A stretch of 64,000 bases of DNA from Tagaea sp. (lineage in GTDB: Bacteria; Pseudomonadota; Alphaproteobacteria; CACIAM-22H2): the NCBI GenBank assembly GCA_965279525.1, contig CBDIIB010000004.1, positions 384,001 through 448,000 of the forward strand. Reading direction: 5' to 3'. Position numbers and translations under genes: made by a program. The notes below the pieces were generated by a model that was not told the origin of the DNA, did no database searches, and worked only from the letters and a program-made list of their open reading frames with translations. Shown here one piece after another: positions 31,697-43,972 of this stretch; within the stretch, counting starts at the first letter, position 1, and each line of letters starts with the position of its first letter.

Positions 31697-32983
31697 TCAC
31701 GCACCGGCCTGATCCGGCGGATGTCCTTGTAGAATCGCCTGGGCCGCGCGACGACCAGAGCGAATCGCTCCTTCTATTGTCGGCGGAACGCCGGTCTGCG
31801 TCCAGTCCCCGGCCAAAAACAGGTTGAGTGCCGCCGTAACCGGGCCTGGCCGCCGGTTTTCCTGGGCCGGCGTCAGGCGCAGTGTGGCGCGGCGTTCCTT
31901 GATCGTGCGCGCTGGCGGAACGGGCAAAGGCGGCAGGTCCAGTGCGCTCGCCACGTCGCGCCAGAGCAGGGCCGCCAGTGCTTCCGGCGGGCGCTCGACG
32001 AGCGCATCGGCCGCACTGACCGTGACGCTGACCACGTCGCCGCGCGCGATGAGCCACTGTGCCGTGCCGCCGATCAGGCCGAGCAGGCGCTGCCCGCCGG
32101 GCAGGGCCACCGGCCGGTCAAGCCGGTAATGGGCATTGACGATCGGCGACATGTCGCCCGGCGCACCGATATCCGGAACGAGGCGGGCAAGCGCATGCGG
32201 CGGGACGGCAAGCACGACGCAGGACCGCCGGCAGTCGACCTCGGTGCCGGCGAAGGCGAGTGCTTCGACGCGGCCGCGCGCCACGCGCACGGCATCGAGC
32301 GGCATGCCGCTTTCGACCGTCACGCCCGCTTTCGCGAGGGCGGCAAGGGCGGGATCGACGAAGGCACGCGACAGGCCGTTGGCCGCAACGAACGGCCGGC
32401 ATGCCGCCTCTCCGCGCCCGAACGTGCGGGCCAGCATCGCGGCGAGGGGCCGCGCGGCCGCCTCGCGCGGATCGGTGTTGAGCACGGCGGTGGCGAGCGG
32501 TTCCCACAGCGCCTTGTAGAGCGGGCCGTCGGGATCGAGCCGGTCGGCGACACGCGCCGTGTCGCCCGCGAAATAGAGCTGGAGCGCTTCCGAATAATCC
32601 GCCGGCCGCGTCCCGGGCACGCGCCGGCCGGGCGCCATGATCCACCACGGGATCGGCCCGGCATTGGGCCGGATCGACCAGCGCTCGCCTGTGGCAAGAT
32701 CAAGGAACGGAAAGGCGGCCGGCACGATGCCGACAAGCTCGTCGCGCGCCCCGATCCGGTCGAGATATCCGAACGCGTCGTCGTTGGACGAGAGGACGAC
32801 GTGCCCGCCATTGTCGATCTCGCGGTCGAGCAGCGGGTCGTGGAATGACCGGCAGCGCCCGCCGAAATTGGGCGAGGCCTCGTAGAGCCGCACGCGCGCG
32901 CCGCCATCCGACAGCGCCAGGGCGGCCGCGAGGCCGGCAAGCCCGCCGCCGACGACATGAACGTCGATCACCGGCTTGCCCAT
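31697..32983 (-). CDS. hpnE: Hydroxysqualene dehydroxylase
   Basis: [56 protein letters not shown]; follows hpnC and hpnD. Confidence 0.88.
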   Translation of the reverse strand: MGKPVIDVHVVGGGLAGLAAALALSDGGARVRLYEASPNFGGRCRSFHDPLLDREIDNGGHVVLSSNDDAFGYLDRIGARDELVGIVPAAFPFLDLATGERWSIRPNAGPIPWWIMAPGRRVPGTRPADYSEALQLYFAGDTARVADRLDPDGPLYKALWEPLATAVLNTDPREAAARPLAAMLARTFGRGEAACRPFVAANGLSRAFVDPALAALAKAGVTVESGMPLDAVRVARGRVEALAFAGTEVDCRRSCVVLAVPPHALARLVPDIGAPGDMSPIVNAHYRLDRPVALPGGQRLLGLIGGTAQWLIARGDVVSVTVSAADALVERPPEALAALLWRDVASALDLPPLPVPPARTIKERRATLRLTPAQENRRPGPVTAALNLFLAGDWTQTGVPPTIEGAIRSGRRAAQAILQGHPPDQAGA

Positions 32984-33681
32984 AGCCCGCGCATCACGGC
33001 ACCGGCCTTGTCGAATGCACCCAGACGCCCGCCGCCGGCGAGGATGCGGGCAAGCAGCGTTTCGTAGAGTTCGCCCATCACGATCGCCGGACGCAGGGCG
33101 GCCCGGTCGAGATGCGCCAGCATCGCGCGCGCCCGGCCAAGCGTGGCCCCGGCGCGGGCAGCGAAAGCATCGCGCGGCTCGGGCAGATAGTTCCGGCCGC
33201 GCGCGGCGTCCTCGTCGATGTCGCGCAGCACGTTGACGCGCTGCAACCCTTCGCCGAGCGTCAGCGCATAGGTCTGCGCCGCCTTGCCCGACGTGCCGAA
33301 GATCGGCAGCGCCAGCATCCCGATCGTGCCGGCCACGCGCCGGCAATAAAGGACGAACAGCGCTTCGTCGAAGACCTGCGGCTCGAGATCCATCAGCTGG
33401 CCGTCGATCAGCGCGTCGAGTTCGGCGCGCGGCAGGCCGAAGGATCGGGCATGCGGCTGGAAGGCGCGTGCGACCGGATGGCTCGGCACGCCTTCGTAAA
33501 TCGCGGCGACCTCGCGGCGCCAGTCGGCAAGACCCGCGCGCCTTTCCTCGACGGTGCCCGGGCCGTCGGCCACGTCGTCGATGGCGCGCGCGATGTCGTA
33601 GAGCGCGAACAGCGCTTCGCGCCGGGCCGCGGGCAGCAGCCGCATCGCCCAATAGAAGGTCGAGCGCCGCCGCGCACTCAC
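32968..33681 (-). CDS. hpnD: Presqualene diphosphate synthase (short form)
   Basis: STFYWAMRLL, IDDVAD, YCRRVAG, LQRVNVLRDIDEDA..GR.YLP. Confidence 0.8.
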   Translation of the reverse strand: MSARRRSTFYWAMRLLPAARREALFALYDIARAIDDVADGPGTVEERRAGLADWRREVAAIYEGVPSHPVARAFQPHARSFGLPRAELDALIDGQLMDLEPQVFDEALFVLYCRRVAGTIGMLALPIFGTSGKAAQTYALTLGEGLQRVNVLRDIDEDAARGRNYLPEPRDAFAARAGATLGRARAMLAHLDRAALRPAIVMGELYETLLARILAGGGRLGAFDKAGAVMRGLWASR

Positions 33682-34490
33682 GGCACGATCCCGGCGAGGA
33701 GGCCGCGCGCGAGCGCCAGTCCCTTGTCGAGCGGCCCCAGCGCCACGCGCGAAGCGAGCGGATCGCGCCGGCGCAGGGCGCGCGCCAGCCGGTGCGAGAT
33801 GTCGACGATCGCCGCCGTCTCCATGCGCAGGCGCCGGTCGCGGATCGAGGCCGCCAGCGGACGGGCCTGCGCGTTGAGCGCGTCGACGCGTTCGAGCACG
33901 CGGTCATAGACGGCGCGCAGCTTCGCCGACAGCGCGGGGCCGAGCAGGTCGCGTTCGGAAAGGCCGGCTTCGTCGAGCCACGATTTGGGGATGTAGAGAC
34001 GGTGCAGGTCGAGCCAGTCGCCGGCGGCATCCTGCAGATGGTTCTCGACCTGGAGGGCCGCGCACAGCGCGTCGGACGCGGGCCAAAGTGCCCGGTCCTC
34101 GCCATGCAGGTCGAGCAGGAAGCGCCCCACCGGGGCGGCCGAGAAGCGACAATAGGCGAGCAGGTCCGACCAGGTGCGGCACGGCCGGCTGCGCGCGTCG
34201 GCAAGGAAGGCCTGCAGGAGATGGCGCGGATGGTCGAGCGTCAGGCCGCGCCCGAGCAGCACGGCACGCAGGGCGAGCGCCTCGTCGGGGCCTTCGCTGC
34301 CGTCGGCGAGCGCGCGGTCGTGCGCTTCGAGCCGGGCGGTCTTGGTGGCTGCGTCGAGGGCCGGGTCGTCGGCGACGTCGTCGGCGGCGCGCGCGAAGCG
34401 GTAGAAGGCGTGCACGGCCGGCCGGTGTTCGCGCGCGACCAGCCAGGAGCCGACGGGGAAATTCTCGGTCGTTCGGGTCCGGGTGCTCAC
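33678..34490 (-). CDS. hpnC: Hydroxysqualene synthase
   Basis: ENFPVGS, FARAADDVAD, YCRFSAAPVGR, ALQVENHLQD. Confidence 0.9.
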   Translation of the reverse strand: MSTRTRTTENFPVGSWLVAREHRPAVHAFYRFARAADDVADDPALDAATKTARLEAHDRALADGSEGPDEALALRAVLLGRGLTLDHPRHLLQAFLADARSRPCRTWSDLLAYCRFSAAPVGRFLLDLHGEDRALWPASDALCAALQVENHLQDAAGDWLDLHRLYIPKSWLDEAGLSERDLLGPALSAKLRAVYDRVLERVDALNAQARPLAASIRDRRLRMETAAIVDISHRLARALRRRDPLASRVALGPLDKGLALARGLLAGIVP

Positions 34491-34531
34491 GAAGATCGAT
34501 TCCGCTTGTGACAGGCTTTATATAGCACCGC

Positions 34532-35317
34532 ATGGACCCGGAAGCGCTCGCCGAAGCCCAGACCCTGCTGCGCCGCCACGACCCCGAACGCTGGCGCACG
34601 ACGCTGTTCGCCCCTGCCGGCCTGCGCGAGCGGCTGGTCGCACTCTATGCCTTCAATGTCGAGATCGCGCGCGTGCGCGAGACCGTATCGGAAGCGCTGC
34701 TCGGGCAGATCCGCCTGCAATGGTGGCGCGAGGCGCTGGCCGAGATCGCCGGCGGCGGCGGCGTGCGCCGACACCCGATCGTGCGCGCGATCGCCGACGC
34801 GAAGCTCGACATGGCCTTGCTGGGCAAGCTGGTCGACGCGCGCGAGCGCGATCTGGACGATACGCCCTTCGCCGATCTTGGCGAACTCGAAGCCCACGCC
34901 GCCGCCACATCGGGCGACCTTGCCGTCGCGGCGGGCGGCGAGGCGTGCCGCAATATCGGCACGGGCTACGGGCTTGCCGGTTCGCTGATCGCGTTGCCCC
35001 ATTTCTCGCGCCAGCGGCGCAACGTGTTGCCCGCGGATCTCGTGGCTGCGGCCGGCCTCACGCCCGAGATCATCCATGAGGGCAAGGCGGGTGCGTTGCT
35101 CGAAGCGGCGGTGATGCCCGTCGCCAAGCGCGCGCGCGAACTGCTGGAGCAGCACCGCGGCGTGCCGAAGCCCGTGGCGCTGCAGGGCACGCTCGCGAAG
35201 CTGTGGCTCGACCGGCTTCAACGCGCGAAGCACGATGCGTTCGCACCCTCGTTGCAGGCGCCGCATCCGGCGGACATCTGGCGGCTGTTCTTCGCCAACC
35301 TATTCGGCCGCTTCTGA
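34532..35317 (+). CDS. Squalene/phytoene synthase family protein (NDUFAF6-like)
   Basis: [38 protein letters not shown]; lacks canonical DDxxD. Confidence 0.85.
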   Translation: MDPEALAEAQTLLRRHDPERWRTTLFAPAGLRERLVALYAFNVEIARVRETVSEALLGQIRLQWWREALAEIAGGGGVRRHPIVRAIADAKLDMALLGKLVDARERDLDDTPFADLGELEAHAAATSGDLAVAAGGEACRNIGTGYGLAGSLIALPHFSRQRRNVLPADLVAAAGLTPEIIHEGKAGALLEAAVMPVAKRARELLEQHRGVPKPVALQGTLAKLWLDRLQRAKHDAFAPSLQAPHPADIWRLFFANLFGRF

Positions 35318-36670
35318 AGCGCCGTTCGCCAGCCACGCGTCGAGATCGGCGCGCGCGCGGTGCGCGTAGGCCTTCTTGCGATCCTGGCCCTTGAGCTTCT
35401 TGTCGGTACCCGGATCGAGCGGCGGGAAGAGCCCGAAATTGCAGTTCATCGGCTGGAAGGTCTTCGCGTCGCCACCGCCGGTGAGATGGGCGAGCAGGGC
35501 GCCGAACGCGGTCGTGGGCGGCGGCGGCGCGCACGCGCGGCCGTGCCACTGGGCTGCGGCGAAGCGCCCGGCGAGCAGGCCGATGGCGGCACTCTCGACA
35601 TAGCCTTCCACGCCGGTAACTTGCCCTGCGAAGCGCAGGCGCGGATCGGCCTTGAGGCGCAGCTCGCCGTCGAGCAGCTTTGGCGAATTGAGGAACGTGT
35701 TGCGGTGGATGCCGCCGAGCCTTGCGAACTCGGCCTTCTCGAGGCCGGGTATCGAACGGAACACGCGCACCTGATCGGCGTATTTGAGCTTCGTCTGGAA
35801 ACCGACCATGTTGTAGAGCGTGCCAAGCGCGTTGTCCTGGCGGAGCTGCACGACCGCGTGCGCGCGCCGGCCGGTGGCGGGATCGGTGAGGCCGATGGGC
35901 TTCATCGGGCCGAAGCGCAGCGTCTCGGGCCCGCGCTCGGCCATCACCTCGACCGGCAGGCAGCCCTCGAAATAGGGCGTGTCCTTCTCCCAGTCCTTGA
36001 ACTCGGTCTTCTCGCCGGACACGAGTGCGGCGACAAATGCATCATACTGTTCACGATCCATCGGACAGTTGACGTAGTCCGCCCCGTCGCCGCCTGGCCC
36101 GCCCTTGTCCCAGCGCGACTGGAACCACGCCTTCGTGAAATCGATGCTGTCCTTGTGGACGATTGGGGCGATCGCGTCGAAGAAGGCGAGCGAGGCTTCG
36201 TCGGTAAGGGCGCGCACCGCGTCGGCGAGTGCGGGCGAGGTGAGGGGCCCGGTCGCGACGACGACGTTGTCCCATTCGGCCGGCGGCAGGCCCGCGATCT
36301 CCTCGCGCCGCACGTCGATCAGCGGCTCGGCGTCGATGGCCGCGGTCACCGCTTCGGCGAAGCCGTCGCGGTCGACGGCGAGGGCGGCCCCGGCGGGCAC
36401 CTTGTGGCGGTCGGCGCAGGCCATGACGAGCGAGCCGGCGGCGCGGAGTTCGGCATGCAGGAGGCCCACGGCGTTGGCTTCCCATTCGTCCGAGCGGAAG
36501 GAATTGGAGCAGACGAGCTCGGCCAGCCGGTCGGTCTTGTGCGCCTCGGTCGTGCGCACGCCGCGCATCTCGTGCAGCGTGACCGGCACGCCGGCGCGCG
36601 CCAGCGCCCAGGCCGCGTCCGACCCGGCCAGCCCGCCGCCCACCACATGCACCCGCTTCGTTCGATCCAT
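35300..36670 (-). CDS. trmFO: tRNA (uracil-5)-methyltransferase TrmFO (Gid)
   Basis: [55 protein letters not shown]. Confidence 0.95.
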   Translation of the reverse strand: MDRTKRVHVVGGGLAGSDAAWALARAGVPVTLHEMRGVRTTEAHKTDRLAELVCSNSFRSDEWEANAVGLLHAELRAAGSLVMACADRHKVPAGAALAVDRDGFAEAVTAAIDAEPLIDVRREEIAGLPPAEWDNVVVATGPLTSPALADAVRALTDEASLAFFDAIAPIVHKDSIDFTKAWFQSRWDKGGPGGDGADYVNCPMDREQYDAFVAALVSGEKTEFKDWEKDTPYFEGCLPVEVMAERGPETLRFGPMKPIGLTDPATGRRAHAVVQLRQDNALGTLYNMVGFQTKLKYADQVRVFRSIPGLEKAEFARLGGIHRNTFLNSPKLLDGELRLKADPRLRFAGQVTGVEGYVESAAIGLLAGRFAAAQWHGRACAPPPPTTAFGALLAHLTGGGDAKTFQPMNCNFGLFPPLDPGTDKKLKGQDRKKAYAHRARADLDAWLANGASEAAE

Positions 36671-36735
36671 TCCCGCCAACCTGCTATTGTTCGGGACGAT
36701 TCCCCACCGGCACGAGATACAGGCAGGAAACCCCC

Positions 36736-37125
36736 ATGTTCAAGGCATTCAACCCGGCCACCATCGCCCCGCCTTCCGGCAAATACCAGCACGCCGTGGA
36801 AGTCACGTCCGGGGCCCGCACGCTCTACGTTTCCGGCCAGATCGGCGTGCTGCCCGACGGCAAGGTCGCCAAGGGCATCGAAGCGCAGGCCGACGCGGTC
36901 TGGGCCAACATCAAGGCGATCCTGGCCGACGCAGGCATGAGCTATGCCGACCTCGTCAAGGTCACGGTGCTGCTCGTCAACACCGCCGACATCGTGCCGG
37001 CCCGCATGGCCCGCGACCGGGCGCTTGGAACGTCCCGTCCGCCGGCCTCGACGCTGATGGTGGTCTCGGCGCTGGCGAGCCCGGAGTTCCTGATCGAGAT
37101 CGAGGCGATCGCGGCCAAGGCATGA
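36736..37125 (+). CDS. RidA/YjgF family protein
   Basis: [30 protein letters not shown]. Confidence 0.9.
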   Translation: MFKAFNPATIAPPSGKYQHAVEVTSGARTLYVSGQIGVLPDGKVAKGIEAQADAVWANIKAILADAGMSYADLVKVTVLLVNTADIVPARMARDRALGTSRPPASTLMVVSALASPEFLIEIEAIAAKA

Positions 37126-38069
37126 AGCACCGCCCCGCCAAGCTGCTGCTGGTATCGGCCGCGTTCGCGTTCGCGGCGGCGCAGGCACCGGCCCCCGAAG
37201 GGCCGCCGCCCGAGCGCATGCCGACGACGATGCAGGCCGCCCCGGTCCTGCCGCCCGACTTCGTGCAGGGCAAGGCCGAGTTCGACAAGGGCAACTTCAA
37301 CGGCGCCTATCTGCTGCTGCTGCCCTATGCCCAGCGCGGCAATGCCGAAGCGCAGTTCCTGCTGGGCCGCATGTCGGACGAGGGCGGGGGCGGCATCGTG
37401 CTCGACCCGCGCGAGGCAGTGCGCTGGTACCGGCTTTCGGGTGCCAAGGATTACCCGCGAGCACTCTATGCGTTGGCCAAGGCGGCGGCGGTCGGGCGCG
37501 GCATGGCGCAGGCACCCGAACAGGCGCTGGTGTACCTGACGCGCGCGGCCGAACTCGACTTCACGCCCGCGATCCTCGACATGGCCTCGCTCAACGACGA
37601 CGGGCGCGGCGTGGAGCCCGACCGCGCGAAGGCGTTCGGCTGGTACCGGCGGGCCGCCGATCTGGGCAGCACCGAGGCGCGCTTCATGGTGGGCGAACGC
37701 CTCTACAACGGCGACGGCGTGGGGCAGGACCGCGACGACGCGCGCCGCTGGTACACGCTCGCCGCCGGGCGCGGCCATCCGGGTGCGCTGTTCCGCCTCG
37801 CGCAGATCGGTTTCGGCCGACCGCTCAACGCCGACCTGCGGATCACCAACTACACGTGGCTGACGCTCGCCCAGCAGCGCGGCGGGCCGGAGATCCGCAA
37901 GGAAGCGACGGAACTGCGCAACAAGCTCGGCGCCACGATGCTCCAGGTCGACATCGACGCCGCCATGCAGCGCGTGCGCGCCTGGAAACCCGAGCCGCCG
38001 CTGAAGGGCGAGGTGGTCGATCCGGAAGACCCGTACAACGACCCCGAAAAGATGCGGGCGAGGCGCTGA
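37122..38069 (+). CDS. Exported Sel1-repeat protein
   Basis: Signal peptide; repeated AQFLLG...EAVRWY, GRGV..D..KAFGWYRRAADLG units. Confidence 0.85.
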   Translation: MKHRPAKLLLVSAAFAFAAAQAPAPEGPPPERMPTTMQAAPVLPPDFVQGKAEFDKGNFNGAYLLLLPYAQRGNAEAQFLLGRMSDEGGGGIVLDPREAVRWYRLSGAKDYPRALYALAKAAAVGRGMAQAPEQALVYLTRAAELDFTPAILDMASLNDDGRGVEPDRAKAFGWYRRAADLGSTEARFMVGERLYNGDGVGQDRDDARRWYTLAAGRGHPGALFRLAQIGFGRPLNADLRITNYTWLTLAQQRGGPEIRKEATELRNKLGATMLQVDIDAAMQRVRAWKPEPPLKGEVVDPEDPYNDPEKMRARR

Positions 38070-38258
38070 AATAGGCGACAACAGGTTACGGTAACGTATT
38101 TAAGCCTTTGAAGTTGTTGGCTTGTAACCTCAGCCGTGTTTTTCACGATTTTTGTAGTATCGCGAACACGGAACATATTCACTTGTCAAACAGCGCATGG
38201 CCGTAAATATTCAGCCAATTCGAGGAATATAAGCTAAGACAGGGTCGAAAGCAATCAA

Positions 38259-38298
38259 AAGTCGTGGATGCCCGGCGAATGTCGGGCATCCACGACTT
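38259..38298. repeat. Palindromic REP-like element (16-bp perfect arms)
   Basis: AAGTCGTGGATGCCCG-N8-CGGGCATCCACGACTT; shares GTGGATGCCCG with the element at 39366. Confidence 0.7.
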
Positions 38299-38315
38299 CG
38301 GGTACGCTATCCGCC

Positions 38316-39353
38316 ATGAACCGATCCGCCATCCTTTACGCACTCGCCGCCGCAGCGCTGTTCGGCCTGTCGACGCCGATCGCCAAGGTCCTGCTCGGCT
38401 CGGTCGATCCGTGGGTGCTGGCGGGCATCCTCTATTCGGGTGCCGGCGTGGGCCTGCTCGCGTTCCGGCTTGCCGGGCCGAAGGCCGGCGAAGCCAGGCT
38501 CGTGCGGGCCGATCTGCCATGGCTTGCCCTGTCGGTCGTGGCGGGCGGGATCGCGGGGCCTGCGTTGCTGATGCTCGGCCTCACGCGGCTCGATGGGGCG
38601 ACCGCCTCGCTGCTGCTGATCCTCGAAGGCGTGTTCACGGCACTTTTGGCGTGGTTCGCCTTCCGCGAGAATTTCGACAAGCGCATCGCCGTCGGCATGC
38701 TCGCCATCGTTGCCGGTGCCGCCGTGCTGAGCTGGCCGGCCGCGCGCCTGCCCGACGGGTTGGGCGCCCCGCTGCTCGTCGCGGCCGCGTGCCTTGCATG
38801 GGGGATCGACAACAACGTCACGCGCAAGGTGGCGCTCGCCGACCCCGTCGTCATCGCGGCGATCAAGGGGCTGGTCGCGGGACCCGTCAACATCGCGCTG
38901 GGACTTTGGATCGGCGCCAGCCTGCCGGATGCGGCGACAGTGGCGCTGGGGGCGGCGACGGGCCTGCTCGGCTACGGCATCAGCCTCGTGCTGTTCGTGC
39001 TGGCGCTGCGCCATCTGGGCACGGCGCGCACCGGCGCCTATTTCTCGCTCGCCCCGTTCATCGGGGCGCTGGCGGCCGTGGCGGTGCTCGGCGAGCCGTT
39101 GTCGAGCGAGCTGTTCGCGGCGGGTGCGCTGATGGCCATCGGCGTGTGGCTGCATGTGAGCGAGCGCCACGCGCATCCGCATGAGCACGCCGAACTCACC
39201 CATGCGCATCGGCACACGCACGACGAACATCACGCGCATGATCACCCGCCGGGCATCGATCCGGCAGCGCCGCATTCGCACCCGCATGTCCATGTACCGC
39301 TGCGCCACGCCCACGCGCACATGCCCGACAGCCATCACCGGCATTCGCATTAG
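38316..39353 (+). CDS. DMT/EamA family transporter with a His-rich C-terminal tail
   Basis: About 10 TM helices in two EamA repeats; tail HAHPHEH...H.H.H.PDSHHRHSH. Confidence 0.88.
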   Translation: MNRSAILYALAAAALFGLSTPIAKVLLGSVDPWVLAGILYSGAGVGLLAFRLAGPKAGEARLVRADLPWLALSVVAGGIAGPALLMLGLTRLDGATASLLLILEGVFTALLAWFAFRENFDKRIAVGMLAIVAGAAVLSWPAARLPDGLGAPLLVAAACLAWGIDNNVTRKVALADPVVIAAIKGLVAGPVNIALGLWIGASLPDAATVALGAATGLLGYGISLVLFVLALRHLGTARTGAYFSLAPFIGALAAVAVLGEPLSSELFAAGALMAIGVWLHVSERHAHPHEHAELTHAHRHTHDEHHAHDHPPGIDPAAPHSHPHVHVPLRHAHAHMPDSHHRHSH

Positions 39354-39365
39354 AAGTCAAAGTTG

Positions 39366-39446
39366 GTGGATGCCCGGGTCAAGCCCGGGCATGACGGATG
39401 GGGCGCTGCTTTAGCCGTCATGCCCGGGCTTGACCCGGGCATCCAC
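39366..39446. repeat. Paired inverted REP-like elements (32-bp arms, each itself palindromic); probable bidirectional terminator
   Basis: GTGGATGCCCGGGTCAAGCCCGGGCATGACGG (39366-39397) and its exact reverse complement (39415-39446), between convergent genes. Confidence 0.85.
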
Positions 39447-39449
39447 GAC

Positions 39450-42317
<2,868 letters not shown>

Positions 42318-42493
42318 ACGGGGGAAATCCTGAGAAGAGGGAGACGGGAATATAGGGCGGTCGCGGGGCCTTTACGACGCCTCAGGAAGGGCATTGTGGA
42401 TAGAAATCGTGCGGCGCTTTTGGGGCTTGCGCCGCCCCCCCGGCTTCTGCAAGTTGGCGCTTCGTTCTTGTGCGACTCGATTGGAGAATTGCC

Positions 42494-43006
42494 ATGGCCG
42501 GCAGCGTCAACAAAGTCATCCTCATCGGCAATCTCGGCAAGGATCCCGAGGTCCGTTCGATGCAGAACGGCGGCAAGGTCGTGAACCTTTCCATCGCGAC
42601 GTCGGAAACGTGGCGCGACAAGAACAGCGGCGAGCGCCAGGAAAAGACCGAGTGGCACCGCGTCGTCATCTTCAACGAGAAGCTCGGCGAAGTGGCCGAG
42701 AAGTATCTGAAGAAGGGCGCCAAGGTCTATGTCGAGGGCTCGCTCCAGACCCGCAAGTGGACCGACAACGCGGGCGTCGAGAAGTACTCGACCGAAGTCG
42801 TCCTCCAGCGCTTCCGCGGCGAACTGACGATGCTCGACGGCGGCAAGGGCGGCGGCGGGGGCGGCGGCATGGGTGGCGGCGGCGATGACGACGAATTCGG
42901 CGGCGGCTCGTCCGGCGGCGGTGGCGGCGGCGGTGGTCGCTCGTCGGGTGGCGGTGGCGGTGCGCGCAAGCCGGCCGGCCCGATCGATGACGACATTCCG
43001 TTCTGA
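42494..43006 (+). CDS. ssb: Single-stranded DNA-binding protein
   Basis: [18 protein letters not shown], Gly-rich linker, DDDIPF tail. Confidence 0.98.
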   Translation: MAGSVNKVILIGNLGKDPEVRSMQNGGKVVNLSIATSETWRDKNSGERQEKTEWHRVVIFNEKLGEVAEKYLKKGAKVYVEGSLQTRKWTDNAGVEKYSTEVVLQRFRGELTMLDGGKGGGGGGGMGGGGDDDEFGGGSSGGGGGGGGRSSGGGGGARKPAGPIDDDIPF

Positions 43007-43015
43007 GGGCGCGCG

Positions 43016-43219
43016 ATGCCCTTCATCAACATCAAGCTGACGGCCGGCGCCACGAAGGACCAGAAGGCGCAGATCGTGAAGGAGTTCACCGACACGCTGG
43101 TGCGCGTGCTCGGCAAGAACCCGCAGAACACGCATATCGTGATCGACGATGTCGAGCGCGAGAACTGGGGCCACGCCGGCCAGCTCGTTTCCGACCGGCC
43201 GGCAGCGCCCAAGGGCTAA
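43016..43219 (+). CDS. 4-oxalocrotonate tautomerase family protein
   Basis: Pro1 (PFINIKL), 67 aa, ENWG..G. Confidence 0.88.
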   Translation: MPFINIKLTAGATKDQKAQIVKEFTDTLVRVLGKNPQNTHIVIDDVERENWGHAGQLVSDRPAAPKG

Positions 43220-43244
43220 AACGGCCGGCCCTTTCTTCCGCGAC

Positions 43245-43260
43245 CGGGAAAGAACTGCCG
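43245..43260 (+). promoter_or_regulatory. Putative enhancer dyad (ftr/FlbD-like)
   Basis: CGGGAAAGAACTGCCG; 14/16 identical to the dyad upstream of the flagellin; about 65 bp upstream of a sigma54 motif. Confidence 0.45.
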
Positions 43261-43324
43261 GGATGCCGCCCGCAATAGTTGCGGACACCGTCGGATAATC
43301 CCGTGTTTCCGGGTTTTCGCAAAT

Positions 43325-43339
43325 TGGTACGCGTCCTGC
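43325..43339 (+). promoter_or_regulatory. Putative sigma54 (-24/-12) promoter
   Basis: TGGTACGCGTCCTGC versus consensus TGGCACG-N4-TTGC, with correct GG-N10-GC spacing. Confidence 0.6.
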
Positions 43340-43382
43340 TCATGGGAATGGCGAGACATCGTCATCTTCCCCGGAGCCGGTC

Positions 43383-43808
43383 ATGGAAATCGCCGCCTAT
43401 GCCTCAAGCATCGCGAACGTCGCCCGCCGCGCCTTCGGCGTGGCTGAGGCCGCGAGTGCGCTTCGCGATCCGGCCGGCGTGAATGCGGCGGACGTGGTCG
43501 AGAAATACAACCCGCACGACATGAGCCGGCGCGAAGCCTTCGCGATGATGAAGGAGCTGGAACAGAACGGCCTCTTGCCGCCGGGCCGGTCGGCGCTCGA
43601 CATGACGGCGCTTCACCGGCCGGGCGAGAGCGTTTGGAACGTCGACATGGACGCGAAGTTCGACGTAGTCGAGGCGGTGCGTTCGAACCACGCCTACGTG
43701 TCGCACACGGCATCCGTCGACGCGGGCACGGTTGCCTTCGTGAAGGCCCAATTCGACGTGTGGAACGACGTCGCGGCGCTGTCCCGCCGGCACGGGATTC
43801 TGGCCTAG
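43383..43808 (+). CDS. Hypothetical protein
   Basis: GGAG RBS, GC3-rich codons, fills the gap before gyrA; no family recognised. Confidence 0.7.
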   Translation: MEIAAYASSIANVARRAFGVAEAASALRDPAGVNAADVVEKYNPHDMSRREAFAMMKELEQNGLLPPGRSALDMTALHRPGESVWNVDMDAKFDVVEAVRSNHAYVSHTASVDAGTVAFVKAQFDVWNDVAALSRRHGILA

Positions 43809-43972
43809 TCCGGGGGCCTTCAAAGCGCCCTCGGTTGGGGGTGGATTTACGATCTATTCCAACGCGTTACGATGCCCATTTCGGCTTTGTTTGTGCATGT
43901 GCGTCCTGCTAGATTTCGGCATCCGGAGTCGGACGGTTCCGGGCCCCTGAAATCCGCACGCGTGACACGAAC

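Noticed and set aside
31697-34204. 835-aa ORF suggesting an HpnC/D-HpnE fusion
   Set aside because: The upstream part is an off-frame shadow of hpnC and hpnD; the HpnE motifs start at 32983
39366-39446. CRISPR array
   Set aside because: Only two inverted copies, not direct repeats with spacers, and no cas genes
42464-42478. Possible LexA box GTTC-N7-ACTC between uvrA and ssb
   Set aside because: Two mismatches in the second half-site of GTTC-N7-GTTC; plausible location but too weak to call
42838-42962. GGC tandem repeats in ssb
   Set aside because: Normal Gly-rich SSB linker
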